From positions 19,966,001 through 20,030,000 of the forward strand of contig CM075988.1 in NCBI GenBank assembly GCA_038087875.1: DNA of 64,000 nucleotides, written 5' to 3'. This DNA is from Malacoraja senta (taxonomy: Eukaryota). Below, in pieces: positions 49,400-61,414 of this stretch. The notes beneath the pieces are model-generated. The model made no database searches and was not told the DNA's origin. It saw only the letters and a list, made by a program, of their open reading frames with translations. Position 1 is the first letter of the stretch, and each line of letters begins with the position of its first letter. Both the position numbers and the translations under genes were made by a program.

Positions 49400-50220
49400 T
49401 TGTCATTCGCCTATTGCCACAACAGGTCCATGATTGAAGCCATCTCCCTGTCCCGAGACTCATCCCTTACATTCCAAACACCTAGATAACAAGGACACCT
49501 ACCTCAGACTCCTTCATTTTCCACATCTCTGCCATCAACACCATAATTACAAATAAACTCATTTCCAAACTCCTGGACCAAGGACTCCACATTCCCACCT
49601 CTGCAAATGGATCCTAGACTTTCTGACCCACAGACCACAATGAGTGGGGATAGGCGACAAAACATTCTCCATGTTAATTCTCTGACCAGTGCTCCACAAG
49701 GCTGGATTCTCAACCTCTTACAATACTCTGTATACACTCATGATTGTGTGGCCAAATTCTGTTCTAATTCCATTTAGAAGTTTGTAGATGACATTGTATG
49801 TCGGAGCTCAAACAATAAGGAAGGAGATAGAGAAACTAGTAACATGGTATCCAGACAACCTCTCCCTCATGAATTCAATAGAGCTGGTGGAAAACATGCC
49901 CAACTCTACATCAATGGTGCTGATGTGGAGATGGTAAGAGTTTCATGTTCTTATGCATCAATATCACCAACAATTTGTGCTGGTCCAGTGAGTGATATTG
50001 ACATTACGGCCAAGGAAGCACACCAATGCCTATTCTTGCTCAGAAGACTAAGGAAATTCGACATGTCTCAAATGACTCTTCCCAATTTGTACTGACATGC
50101 CATAGATAGCTTTCCATTTGATGTATCACCATTTGGTTTGGCAAATGCTCTGCACAAGCCGACAAGAAATTACAGAGAGTTGTGGATGTAACCCAGTACA
50201 TTACGCAATCCAATTCTGAT
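49400..50220 (+). mobile_element. Old Rex1/Babar LINE RT fragment
   Basis: Degenerate GAPQG, KFVDD, AHQCLFLLRRLRKF and LQRVVD motifs. Confidence 0.75.
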
Positions 50221-51539
50221 ACATCACACAAACCAGCTTATCCCTCAAAACTCTTCCTCTGGGCTCTTTCACTCTCTCTCTGCCCCTTCCCCTTCTTCAC
50301 CTAATATTCCTCTCCTTGCTCCTCTTTTTCAACCTCATCCTTGACAGCTTTGGAAAAGGTTTTACTCTGTCAGGCTGCAATGGTATTTCTTGCTGTGCGT
50401 GCATTTGCATGTACACACGTATTTTGCCACAAGTTTATTGATTTCAATAAAATGAGTGGTTGATGATCAGCAAAGACTTGGTGGCCTAGGATCTGTTTTC
50501 ATGCTGTATCTCTCTACAACTCTAAAATGCAAAAGGCTATTGCATCGGATAAACAAATGGTCATATTCATACTCATTGGAGAAACTGGTGTTTTTCCGTT
50601 CATTTCTATTTATACAGATACACAACATCAAAACAGTGCTCTGTTTGCATCAAGCACATTTCAGCTTAAAACTATAGTGTTGAAACCACCAGGCCACCAA
50701 GCAAAACATAACACTTGGATTATCATGTTGACTGCATGGAAAAAACGGTACTCAAAATAGATATTTACACTCAAAACTGTCTCTCTCAATGCAGATAAGT
50801 GTTTTGAGTATTTGTCAATGAAATTTAAATTGTAATTCAGGATATCTTGTTGAACTGTAATCATATGGTCTGGCAATGTACAAATGCAAACTGGCTGCTT
50901 CAAGTCTCAAACTTTGCACTCTGCAAATACAGATCAGCATGTAAACGTCTCAGGAAATGGCTCATAGTCAAAAAAGGTATTGCACTGTGGTTTCCTGTTT
51001 GAAATCTAGCGCTAAGTTCTTCTGATAAGCAATCCTTCTGTACATCGAATATATACTGCCACCTTCTTACACCATGTATTGCCACTAAATTGTGTTCAAA
51101 GTATGGAACCGGCCACCCCAAGCGGATCAATTTCAATGAAAACCTGTCATTAAGCAGCATTCTTAACATGAGGCAATGAGAGAGTAACCAAAAGCTAAGA
51201 TAAAAAAGCAGATTTTGAAAAAAGATTGAGAACTTGGACCAAATGTAGCCAAATGTATCACTGTAATATATTTGTAAGTATTCATACACTTTTAACAATC
51301 ACACCAAAGGAGAAAGCTAATTGGCCTTTTGTACGTTTGTTGACTCTTTGAAGAGCTATCCCACAAGTCTGTAAACTCTGTGTTCCTCATTTTGATTTAT
51401 TTCTTAAAATTATTCATGGATACAGCTTCCCCAAACCTATCAGAAAAAGAATTTCCATATCGCAACAGTGAAAGTGAAAGATGTCTCTTCTTATCTTGCA
51501 AGATCTTTAGCCGCTGATTTTGAATTTATCACCTTTAGT

Positions 51540-52580
51540 CAGATTGGGATCAGTTTATTGCCCGATTAACCAGGTGTAATTAAATGTTTGTTCACACAGC
51601 AGACAATATAAATGATGATAAATACAATGATAAATCCAATGTCAAGTTCAAAACAGTAAACCACTACAAATATTGTATTGCACCCTGTAGTGCAAAAATG
51701 AAAGTGCAATAAAGGAATAAATTAATAAGGTAGAGTTAAGATTAAGTGTATGCGGCAGTACCTCCGGGAAGCATGTATGATGGAGGTTGCTGGTTCAAGA
51801 GTCTGATAGCTGAGGAGAAGAACCTGTTCTTACGTTTGGGCTTTCAAGCTCCCAGAAGGTAAAAGAGAGAAAAGGGAATGTCTAGAGTGGCAGGTAGCCT
51901 TGATGATACACTGATCTGAAACTGAATAAAAATGATCATTTCAAAATCAGCAGCAGAAGATCCAGGAAGATGAGGAGAGACCTCTTTCACTTTAGTTACT
52001 GGGATATGAAACTGTTTTTGATAGGATTTGGGAAGCCGATTCCATGAATAGTTTTAAGAAATATGTTGGAATGAGAAAGACAGAACATAAAATGAATGAA
52101 TGAATAAGTTTATTGGCCAAGTATTCACATACAAGGAATTTGCCTTGACAACAAATGTTTGCTGATAGTTGTGAATAGCTCTTCAAAGAGTCACCAAGAC
52201 CATAAAAGGTCAAAAAGCCTTCCTGATGCAACACACCGTGACGATAGACTGAATGGAAGGACTGAGCTGTGTTCACCACGCACTGCTGGTGCAGGTAGTC
52301 AAGAACAGAGTGGTTGCTATACCATGCTGAGATGCATCCTATCAGAATATATTCAAGAGAATCCTCTCAGATATCTAAGAAAGTTAATAAGCTGATGGCT
52401 TTCATATTCATCGCATCACTGTGAAGGGATCAGTTATGTTGCTGGTAATATGGACACCTAGGAAGTTGAAACTGTCAACCATCTTTACAGCAGCTCCGAT
52501 TATGAGGACAGAGTTGTGTTCACCCCACCCTAATTTCCTTATGCCAACAACCAATGCGTTCGTCTTGTTGACATTAAGGG
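51540..52580 (-). mobile_element. Rex1/Babar-type relics (3' ends and ORF fragments)
   Basis: GTTTATTG..3' ends at ~51555 and ~52110; GGTTCAAGAGTCTGATAGC..GAAGAACCTGTTCT; GACACCTAGGAAGTTGAAACTGTC. Confidence 0.55.
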
Positions 52581-52584
52581 CCTG

Positions 52585-52710
52585 TTGTTTAAGAAAGAAC
52601 TGCAGATGCTGGAAAAATCAAAGGTAGACAAAAAAGCTGGAGAAACTCAGCGGGTGAGGCAGCATCTATGGAGCGAAGGAATAGGCGACGTTTCGGGTCG
52701 AGACCCTTCT
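52585..52710 (-). mobile_element. Penelope-like terminal module
   Basis: GAACTGCAGATGCTGG..GGAGAAACTCAGCGGGTGAGGCAGCATCTATGGAGCGAAGGAATAGGCGACGTTTCGGGTCGAGACCCTTCTT. Confidence 0.75.
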
Positions 52711-54767
52711 TATGACGTAAAGTTCCTGATCTCTTTGCTGTACTCCGTCTTGTCATATTTGTCAGTATTTCTCTCTTTCTACTCATGTTTAAACCTTTGG
52801 TTGATTTGAATGCCTCTTGGGTGTTAACACTGTTCCAATGAGAACAATCATAACTTTTCTAATGTCCGCTTACACAAGTCCCTCATCCTTGGTAACATCC
52901 TGATAAACACCCTTCAAGGCCATTATTTTACAAACAGACAAACAAGTTGCAAAATGTTCTACCATCGCACATTGATAACCATAACGTTTGCAACAAAAAT
53001 ATATTTATAGAAAAGCAAAGATCAGTTCTTAGTTAATGGTTTTGTATTTCAAAACATTCATGATTTTTTCCCCTAAAACTGTGTTTTTGGGTTCTCCTAT
53101 TATAAATAAAGAATTATAAGTTCTTCTATTTTACACATTTTCCCACCATGCTCACACTACCTAATTATAATTTGTTCCTTATAGAAACTAAATGTTGGGT
53201 ATTTCCAAAGGAGTACTGAGATAGACGTTAAACATAATTCTAGACTTCAACGACTTTGAAACTTAATAAAGTTGGTTTGGAATTTCACAACTTTCACAAG
53301 AGTGCTCATGCACTCCAAATAATGTCATAAGAATACTAATTTCACTGATTTACCATAAAAGAGAACTATGATTTAGAATGCACCTTTAACAAAGCAAAAC
53401 ATCCCAAGGTGCCTCAAGGCACCCATGTTTGCGGTGAGAAATGAGAGGCTTGGTTAAAGAGGCTGCTTTTAAGGAATATTTGAAAAAATACTTCAAAAGA
53501 GAATTCCAGAGTTTATAGATAAAACGTTTCAATGTAGGATGGCAGAATCCTTGCAGAACGTTGGGCCTCCCTGACAAAAACCTGCTCTTCATAGTTTACC
53601 TTGTTGATGACAACTGCTCCTTTTGAAGCCAACTAGCAGACACTTAATGAGTCTGAAATTCTCCTGCCCCTCCAATGACTACTGACCACTTCCCAGCCAT
53701 TCTAACCAAGCAGTCAAAGCAAGAGTATAAAAAGGCTCCTGGAGAACCTCCCACTGCTGCATTGAAGGAGCTTAACATTCATCTTGCCCCTCTCCCTCTC
53801 TTTAAATGCCTACATCATTCCCATTCCTGTTAGACTTGGGCCTGAAGTCTACCACAACAGTGAAGGCTTAGTTGTTTAAAGGAAGTCGACTGCAGCTGTT
53901 TTACAGAAAATAGTTCGTAATTCAGGAAGAAATAAGAACTGTAAAGCAAATACTTGTTAATTTCCAGAAGTGAAAGGTTTGCATGCTTGTGCTCTGTAAC
54001 TCATGAGATTGCATTGCGAGTTAGTTGGAATTTTTTAACCTCTCTCTGTCACATATAAACTGGGATGGGCCAAAGTTAAAATAGAGCATGAAAACACCCG
54101 GGCCTCAATTCAATCATCCTCATTTCTTTCGGAAATAGGATGGCCACCGTGTCAAACGGGAAACGTGTGATGTGGCAGAGAAGCAGCAAGTGCAAAGTGA
54201 TGTCTATGCTTCACACAAGCTTCCTCCCATTACTATTTGTTTGGCTTGGTTACAACTTTCTATTCCATTCTCCCTCACGCTGACCTAGCTTCCTCTTAAA
54301 TGTATCTGTACAATTCACCTCAATCATTCTCAGTGGTAGTAAGTTCTAACCAAGCTAGTTACAGAAGTTCCTCCTAACTGCCATACTATATACATGAGTA
54401 ATTATTTTATACATTTCGCCACTGGTTCAGATGTAAAGGATGTTGCTATTGGATCAATAAGACTCCTATGTAATCTTTACACAGAAATAAGAAGGTCAAC
54501 CTGTAGTATCCCACCCAACAAAAACGGCCTAACTTGATTTTTTCTTTGGGAGATTATTGGAAGTAGGAGACCTCCCCTGACTTCATCAGTAAACATTCAG
54601 ACTTCTGAGTTCAATCTCAGACTTTCTTAGAGATTGAACTAAATCAGGGATTGAAAGCGTTCATTCAGATCAGTGCAAACACTCTTCAGTTGTATCCAAC
54701 TTGCTCTTCAGTGGGAATGACCTCTTTCCAACCCTCTCGATCTAAACCACATTCTTTTCCAATACAA

Positions 54768-55078
54768 ATTTAGTTTAATTTTAGTTTAGAGATACAGCGT
54801 GGAAATAGGCCCTTCGGCCCACTGAGTGCATGCTGACCAGTGATCCCCATATGCCAGCATTATTATGCACACTAGGGACAATTTACAATTTTTACCGAAG
54901 ATAGTTTAACCTAAAAAACCTGTATGCCTTTGGAGTGTAGGAGGAAACGGAGCACCCAGGGAAAACCCATGCAGTCACGGGGAGAACGCACAAGCTCCGT
55001 ACAGACAGTACCCCAAGTCAGGATCAAACCTAGGTCAGTGGCGCACTACGCACAACGCTACCACTGCGCCACCGTGCC
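54768..55078 (-). mobile_element. HE1/V-SINE-like SINE
   Basis: (TTTAG)n..GGCCCTTCGGCCCAC..GGGAGAACGCACAAGCTCCGTACAGACAG..CTGCGCCACCGTGCC. Confidence 0.85.
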
Positions 55079-55129
55079 ACACTTTCTATTTTAGATTCTC
55101 AGAGGCTATAACATAATTTATGCTCCACT

Positions 55130-55775
55130 CAAGCCTCCTATGATCTTTTTTCATCTAAATTTGTCAGCATCACCTTCTACTCCCTTCTTTCTTTAAATAT
55201 ATCTAAACTATCCACCTCAACCACTCCCTGTAGGAGCAAGTTACACATTATTACCACTCTTTTAGATCGGCAGTTTCTTCTGAATTCCTTGTTGGATTTC
55301 TTAGTGACCCCTTTATATTGATGTACTCGAGTCATGCTTTTTCCTATGTGGAAATGTCCTTTCTGCAACAACTCTATCAAAACCTTCAACAAAGTCATAC
55401 AGCATGTAAAATGGCCGTTCGGCCCAACCTGCCATGCTGCTCAAGATACCACATCTACACTCGACCCACCTGCTCACCTTTGGCATGCCCGTTTAAACCA
55501 TTCCTATCTTTGTACTTGTTAAAATATATTTTAAATGTTGTTATAGTATCTGCCTCAACTCTGACAGCTAGGTCCATATAACCACCAGCCTCTGTGAGAA
55601 AATGTCAGTCAGATTCCATTAAATCTTTCCCCTCTCACCGTAAACCTATATCACCTGGTTCTTGGTTCCCCATTACTGGGTAAAATACTCTGTGTATTCA
55701 CCCTATCTATTCCAATCATGATATTATACACCTCTATAAGATCACCCCTGAGCCTCCTTCGCTCCAAGGAATACA
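55130..55775 (-). mobile_element. Two older CR1 3' fragments
   Basis: Minus ORF RVVIMCNLLLQGVVEVDSLDIFK; CATGATATTATACACCTCTATAAGATCACCCCTGAGCCTCCTTCGCTCCAAGGAATA. Confidence 0.75.
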
Positions 55776-55846
55776 TTTCAACATCCCCCTTTTTATATAC
55801 TCTGTTATCATACACTCATCTGCTATCTGTGCACTAATATAGACTT

Positions 55847-55955
55847 GGCTGTGGTAATAATCTGAAGAAGGGTTTCGACCCAAAAGGTTGCCTATTTCCT
55901 TCACTCCATAGATGCTGCCTCACCCGCTGAGTTTCTCCAGCATTTTAGTCTACCT
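55847..55955 (+). mobile_element. Penelope-like terminal module, 14-bp TSD ACTAATATAGACTT
   Basis: TSD at 55833-55846 and 55956-55969; CTGAAGAAGGGTTTCGACCCAAAAGG. Confidence 0.8.
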
Positions 55956-56279
55956 ACTAATATAGACTTATTTCCTTACTCTCAGTTATTGTCCTCTTAT
56001 CCCTCGTCTCATGAGCGTTTAGTTTATTCTTTCCTATCACCAGAATATACATTTTAAATGTTTCATGTGATTGTTCTCCATTATTATTCCTAGTTTTGTT
56101 GCTCATCTTCAAATAGTTTTATCTTCCCATTCCCCTCAGCTCTTCAAGATTAGCTTTACTAAATCTATCAGAACAGTATTCTCATTTTTCCTTTCATTCA
56201 TCTAATAGTATTTCTAAATCCATGCCTCTTGTGCCTGAGTCACAACCAATAAGAAACAATCTTTCATTACTTATCAATC

Positions 56280-56700
56280 AACTGTGACTCAGTTTCTTTG
56301 CAATCATAGGTCACGGGTTCAAATCCCAGTCCACGTGTAAGCACAAAAATAGGTTGACCTGCCATTGAGTGTTGCATTATTCATGCTACTGCTTTCAGCT
56401 TAACTGTTAAAGAAGTCCCTTCTACTTCCCTAGATGGACATGAAAGAACCCACGGCACAATTTGACAAAAGTAACTGGGAAAGTGGTTGGAGGTCTTCCC
56501 AATGCCCTGGCCAACATTTATCTCCCAGTCTACACACAAAATTAATGATCTGGTCGACTGGTTGCCAATGAATCGGTTTTAAATAAGGTTGCCATGAGCT
56601 AAATAAATACTTTATTTTCATCACTATATTTCAAAAGGAACTTCATTGGACTAAAAAAATGGAGTATCTGGTAGTTAAGAGAGATACGAGAGAAATTATT
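56280..56700 (+). mobile_element. DeuSINE/SacSINE1-like SINE
   Basis: tRNA-like head GGGTTCAAATCCC, then CCCTGGCCAACATTTATCTCCC..GATCTGGTC..CACTATATTTCAAAAGGAACTTCATTGG. Confidence 0.6.
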
Positions 56701-57114
56701 TTTTTTCTCCCCCCAAAAAGTTATTTTTAAGAAAAAAACTTTCTGTACCTCCATTTTTCTAATAAAACATTTTAGCTTCTTTAATCTTTGATATTTCTGC
56801 CATTCTTAGAAATAAACTCTTTGTTAAATACAGGTTTTAACATTTGAAGAAAACATTTATTCATTTGCTCAAAGAAAATTCTTAATTTATTCGATGGATG
56901 TGATTTATCTTTCTGGAACTTTGCAATTAGTCACATTCAATATATTTCTCAGTTGAAGTATTTGTAACTACTATGCACATATTTCTTAGAAGCTAAAGCC
57001 TAATCTCTCAGCTTCCCCTTTTTGTGTTTCTAATTGAATTGCACATCACAAGATTGTTTTATTCCCACCAATTTTTCATTTTAGCGTTTTTTCCCAATTT
57101 CATTTCTCCCAAGT

Positions 57115-57440
57115 TTGTAGCTCAGTTCATAAAACTTATTCTTGTTTATCAGAAGGTCATGGATTCAAAGTTCCATTCCAGGAAATTGGGCATAGATATA
57201 TCTGTTCTCACTCCAACATGGTACTGAGGTTAGTGAGGGCTGACCTTCTAGAGATGCAGGCTGTTCTCTAAACAATAGACATACAAGGTGTCCTGGCTAA
57301 TATCAAGTCAGATGGTCTGGCCATTACCACATTCTGCTTGAGAAATTTCCTATGGCAGAGCAGTGATCAAGTTTGAAAAAGTATTTCTTGACTGTACAGC
57401 ATTTGGTGGTAAACTGAGATCATGAAAGGTACTATGGACA
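57115..57440 (+). mobile_element. Degenerate DeuSINE/SacSINE1-like SINE
   Basis: GTAGCTCAG..GGATTCAAAGTTCCATTCCAG..GTACTGAGG..GTGTCCTGGCTAATAT..TGAAAGGTACTAT. Confidence 0.5.
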
Positions 57441-57479
57441 TTTTGTGTATGAAGTGCATGGTACAATATGACTGTCACT

Positions 57480-59050
57480 CTTTTAGGGAGTTAGGTAAAA
57501 GGTTGAAATGAATGACCTCGAGGATGGTAATCTCGGGATTACTACCAGTACCACGTGATAGTGAATATAGCAATAGGATGATAGGGCAGATGAATGCATG
57601 GCTGAGGAGTTGGTGCAGTGAACAGGTATTCAGAATTTTGGACCATTTGGATCTCTTCTGCAGCCGTGTTGACCCGTAAAAGAGGGATGGGTTGCACCTG
57701 ACAATAGATAATAGACAATAGGTGCAGGAGTAGGCCACTCGGCCCTTCGAGCCAGCACCACCATTCAATGTGATCATGGCTGATCATCCCCAATCAGTAC
57801 CCCGTTCCTGCCTTCTCCCCATATCCCCTGACCGCTATCTTTAAGAGCCCTATTTAGCTTTCTCTTCAAAGTATCCAGAGAACCAGCCTCTACCACCCTC
57901 TGAGGCAGAGAATTCCACAGACTCACAACTCTCTGTGTGAAAAAGTGTTTCCTCATCTCCGTTCTAAATGGCTTACCCCTTATTCTGAAACTGTGGCCCC
58001 TGGTTCTGGACTCCCCCAACATCGGGAACATGTTTCCTGCCTCTGGCGTGTCCAAACCCTTTATAATCTTATATGTTTCAATAAGATACCCTCTCATCCT
58101 TCTAAATTTCAGAGTATACAAGCCCAGCCGCTCCATTCTCTCAGCATATGACAGTCCCGCAATCCCGGGAATTAACCTTGTAAACCTACGCTGCACTCCC
58201 TCAATAGCAAGAATGTCCTTCCTCAAATTAGGGGACCAAAACTGCACACAATACTCTAGGTGTAGTCTCACTCGGGCCCTGTACAACTGCAGAAGGACCT
58301 CTTTGCTCCTGTACTCAACCTCTTTTTATGAAGGCCAACATGCCATTCGCTTTCTTCACTGCCTGCTGTACCTGCATGCTTAATTTCATTGATTGATGAA
58401 CAAGGACCCCCTAGATCCCGTTGTACTTCCCGTTTTCCTAACTTTACACCATTTAGATAATAATCTGCCTTCCTGTTTTTGCTACCAAAGTGGATAACCT
58501 CACATTTATCCACATTAAACTGCATCTGCCATGCATCTGCCCACCTGAACTTGAGGGGAACCAACATCCTTGCATGGAGGTGTGCTAGTGCTATTCGGGA
58601 GGGTTTACACGAGAATGGCAAGGGGGTGAGAACCAGAGCAATGGGTCAGCAAATGGAAGAACTGATGAGAAGTGGTGGTTGTGAAAAGTGTCTTAAAATA
58701 AGGACAGCCAGAAGAGGTTCATGTATATGGGGATAAAGAAGGGCTGAAATGTTTTTACTTCTATGTAAGGAGTATTGTGGGTAAAGCTGATGAACAGAGC
58801 CTGGATCAGTGCATTTATGATGTTGTGGTCATTAATGAAACTTGGTTTCAAGAGGCACATGACTGGCAGCTCAAAGTGCCTGGGTTTCGATGTTTCAGAC
58901 GTGATACATTGGGAGGAAAAAGAGGTGGAGGAGTTGCTTTACTAATCAGGGAGAATATCGTGGCAGTAATAAGAGAGGACATACTGGATTGTATGTCTAC
59001 TGAGGCATTATGTAGATAGGAATAGGAAAGAAACAAAAAGGAAAGGATCA
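57480..59050 (+). mobile_element. Old CR1 ORF1 (esterase) / EN-start relic, split by a younger CR1
   Basis: VISGLLPVPR..MNAWLRSWC..FRILDH..DGLHL|NLRGTNILA..; then YDVVVINETW..PGFRCFRRD..GGGVALLIRE. Confidence 0.8.
57702..58541 (-). mobile_element. 5'-truncated CR1 (family B), TSD CACCTGA
   Basis: Translates WADAWQMQFNVDKC..HLEYCVQFWSP..FTQRVVSLWNSLP. CACCTGA at 57695-57701 and 58542-58548. Confidence 0.92.
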
Positions 59051-59093
59051 CTATTGATCGACTATCATAGTGCTATTTCCTGTAATAACCCTA

Positions 59094-59851
59094 TATGAGA
59101 AGATTACGGAGAGTCGGTTTGTCAAGGAGGACTCTCTCTAACTTCTACAGGTGCACAGTAGAGAGCATGCTGACCGGTTGCATTGTGGCTTGGTTCGGCA
59201 ACTTGAGTGCCCTGGAGAGGAAAAGACTACAAAAAGTTGTAAACACTGCCCAGTCCATCATCGGCTCTGACCTCCCTTCCATCGAGGGGATCTACCACAG
59301 TCGCTGCCTCAAAAAGGCTGGCAGCATCGTCAAGGACCCACACCATCCTGGCCACACACTCATCTCCCTACTACCTTCAGGTAGAAGGTACAGGAGCCTG
59401 AAGACTGCAACGACCAGGTTCAGGAACAGCTACTTCCCCACAGCCATCAGGCTATTAAACCTGGCTCGGACATAACACTGAACTTTACTAGCCAATACTG
59501 TTATTTGCACTTTATCAGTATATTGACCATTGTGTATATATTTATAGAATGCCTTGTAGTAAATGCCTACTATGTTCTGTTATGCTCAAGCAAAGCAAGA
59601 ATTTCATTGTCCTACCAGGGACACATAGAAACATAGAAACATAGAAAGTAGGTGCGAGAGTAGACCACCAGGCCCATCGAGCCCGCACCGCCATTCGCTC
59701 ATGGCTGAACACTAAACAGACACCCTTACCCACAAACAGTAGACACAAGACACAGAACACAAGACACTACCCTCCCCTTTATATCGCTATCACCCCTCTC
59801 CACCCCTCTCCACCACATGACAATAAACTCACTTGACTTGACTTGACTTGA
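59094..59851 (+). mobile_element. Young 5'-truncated Rex1/Babar LINE (ORF end intact 59095-59475, 3' UTR, (ACTTG)n tail)
   Basis: RRLRR..FYRCTVESMLTGCIVAWFGN..LQKVVNTAQSIIG..DPHHPGH..LLPSGRRYRS..RFRNSYFPTAIRLLN; GACAATAAAC(ACTTG)n. Confidence 0.9.
59627..59813 (-). mobile_element. Short CR1-tailed retroposon inserted in the Rex 3' UTR, TSD CACAT
   Basis: (AGAAACAT)n tail and TAGGTGCGAGAGTAGACC..CGAGCCCGCACCGCCATTC. CACAT at 59622-59626 and 59814-59818. Confidence 0.7.
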
Positions 59852-60475
59852 TATCGTTTTGCCACTTTAATATCCAAAAGTAAGAGGTCTCTGTCTTTAA
59901 TGTTCACAGCATCTACCCTGTGGCTGCGGAAGAATTGCAAAACCACCAACTTATCAATCAGTATATTGGCTAAATCAATATGTCGGCTAAAGCTAATGTC
60001 ACAATATAGCTCACTTTTTTTTTTGCAAAAGCAACCAGACACATTGTACGCATGTAATCAAAATGTACAACAGGAAGCAGTCTGCTATGAAGAGGTTGCC
60101 CCCATTCATGAGTAACCCAGCATGATCTGCTTGAGTCTTTTTCCCTTGTGGGCTGCAAGATTGTTTAGTAACAAGTAGACGATGTTGTGAAGCTTCATCC
60201 CACTCCAGATTTTAAACTTAGCTCTGACTCTATCACGTGGGCATCGTTTAAGGTCAGTGGTGGTCAGTGGTTCACACCACCAACACCTGCATCAGTTTCA
60301 AAATTATTCTGCATGCGCTGTTGCCTTTTCTGTTTTTTCCAAACCACAGACACATGTAAAACACAGTGTGGGCATTTCACTTAAGTCCAGTTTCCATGTT
60401 GCGTGAGGGAAATTCTGTAAAAAAAATCTGAGAGCCTTCCAGTTTTAGCGAGCCTCACTCATTTCTTTCCTTGTT

Positions 60476-60655
60476 ATAATAATAATAATAATAATAGATT
60501 TTATTTATATAGCGCTTTTCAGGACTCAAAGTCGCTTTACAATTGAGAGTCAGGAATAAACAAAACAAAATAGAGCAGTAAGACAGAGGGGGGGGGGGGG
60601 GAACATGGGACTAAGGGTATGCAGAGGTGAAGAGATGGGTCTTGAGGCGGGACTG
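60476..60655 (-). mobile_element. L2 LINE 3' end with (TTA)n tail
   Basis: Minus strand QSRLKTHLFTSAYP*, then GTAAAGCGACTTTGAGTCCTGAAAAGCGCTATATAAAT and (ATT)n. Confidence 0.8.
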
Positions 60656-61124
60656 ATTGTCAAAGAATAATGGTTACAAACCTACAGGACCCATTGCACA
60701 ACCACATAGAAAAGGAATGATATATTTATTCGTAAATATCCCCCAACTCTGGAAGGTGTTTACTGGATGAAAAAGGGGAGCATGAAATACAAGGTTTCTT
60801 TGCTGAGTGGGGCTGGAGGAGAGGAGGAACGCTTCGGGTGCAAATGGAAGAACCATTTAAGAGGCCTGATGTTCTATTCATCTGTAGGTATCCAGCCACC
60901 TGCTGTCCTTTAAACGAATACTGGTCAAGTTAGTATTTTCCAAATATCCATTAGTGGAACATGCAAGACCTAACTGGGTGTAACCTAAAATACCACTGAC
61001 ATCCTCTGGATTTCTTTGTAATTCCTCTTGATCCTCCTAAGGTGCAGCTAATTCAGCAACAGAATTTTCTGACATGACTGCCCACCCTCCAAATTTACTC
61101 GGTGTTTGGCCCATTGAATCTACG

Positions 61125-61410
61125 CCAGGTCTAAGAGAAATCCCATCACCCTCTCTACCACATTTATTTCCTGTGACCTACTCTTTTTTTATGTCATTGA
61201 CAAGTTCTTTATTGTCCTATCACCCACCCACACGATGGGAAATTTTGTGTGGCCAATTGACCTAACAACTAGCAGGTCTTTGGGATGTGGAAGGAAACCA
61301 GAGCACCCATATAAAACCCACAAGGTCACTGGATGTACGTGCAAAACTTGCACAAAGAACAACGATGGTCGAATTGAACCCGGGTTGCTGGAACTGTGAG
61401 ACAACAATAC
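61125..61410 (-). mobile_element. Degraded HE1/V-SINE-like SINE
   Basis: GGCCAATTGACCTA..GTCTTTGGGATGTGGAAGGAAACCAGAGCACCC..AATTGAACCCGGGTTGCTGG. Confidence 0.7.
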
Positions 61411-61414
61411 TACG

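Noticed and set aside
53726..53734. TATA box TATAAAAAG
   Set aside because: Isolated motif in AT-rich DNA with no supporting downstream exon or ORF.
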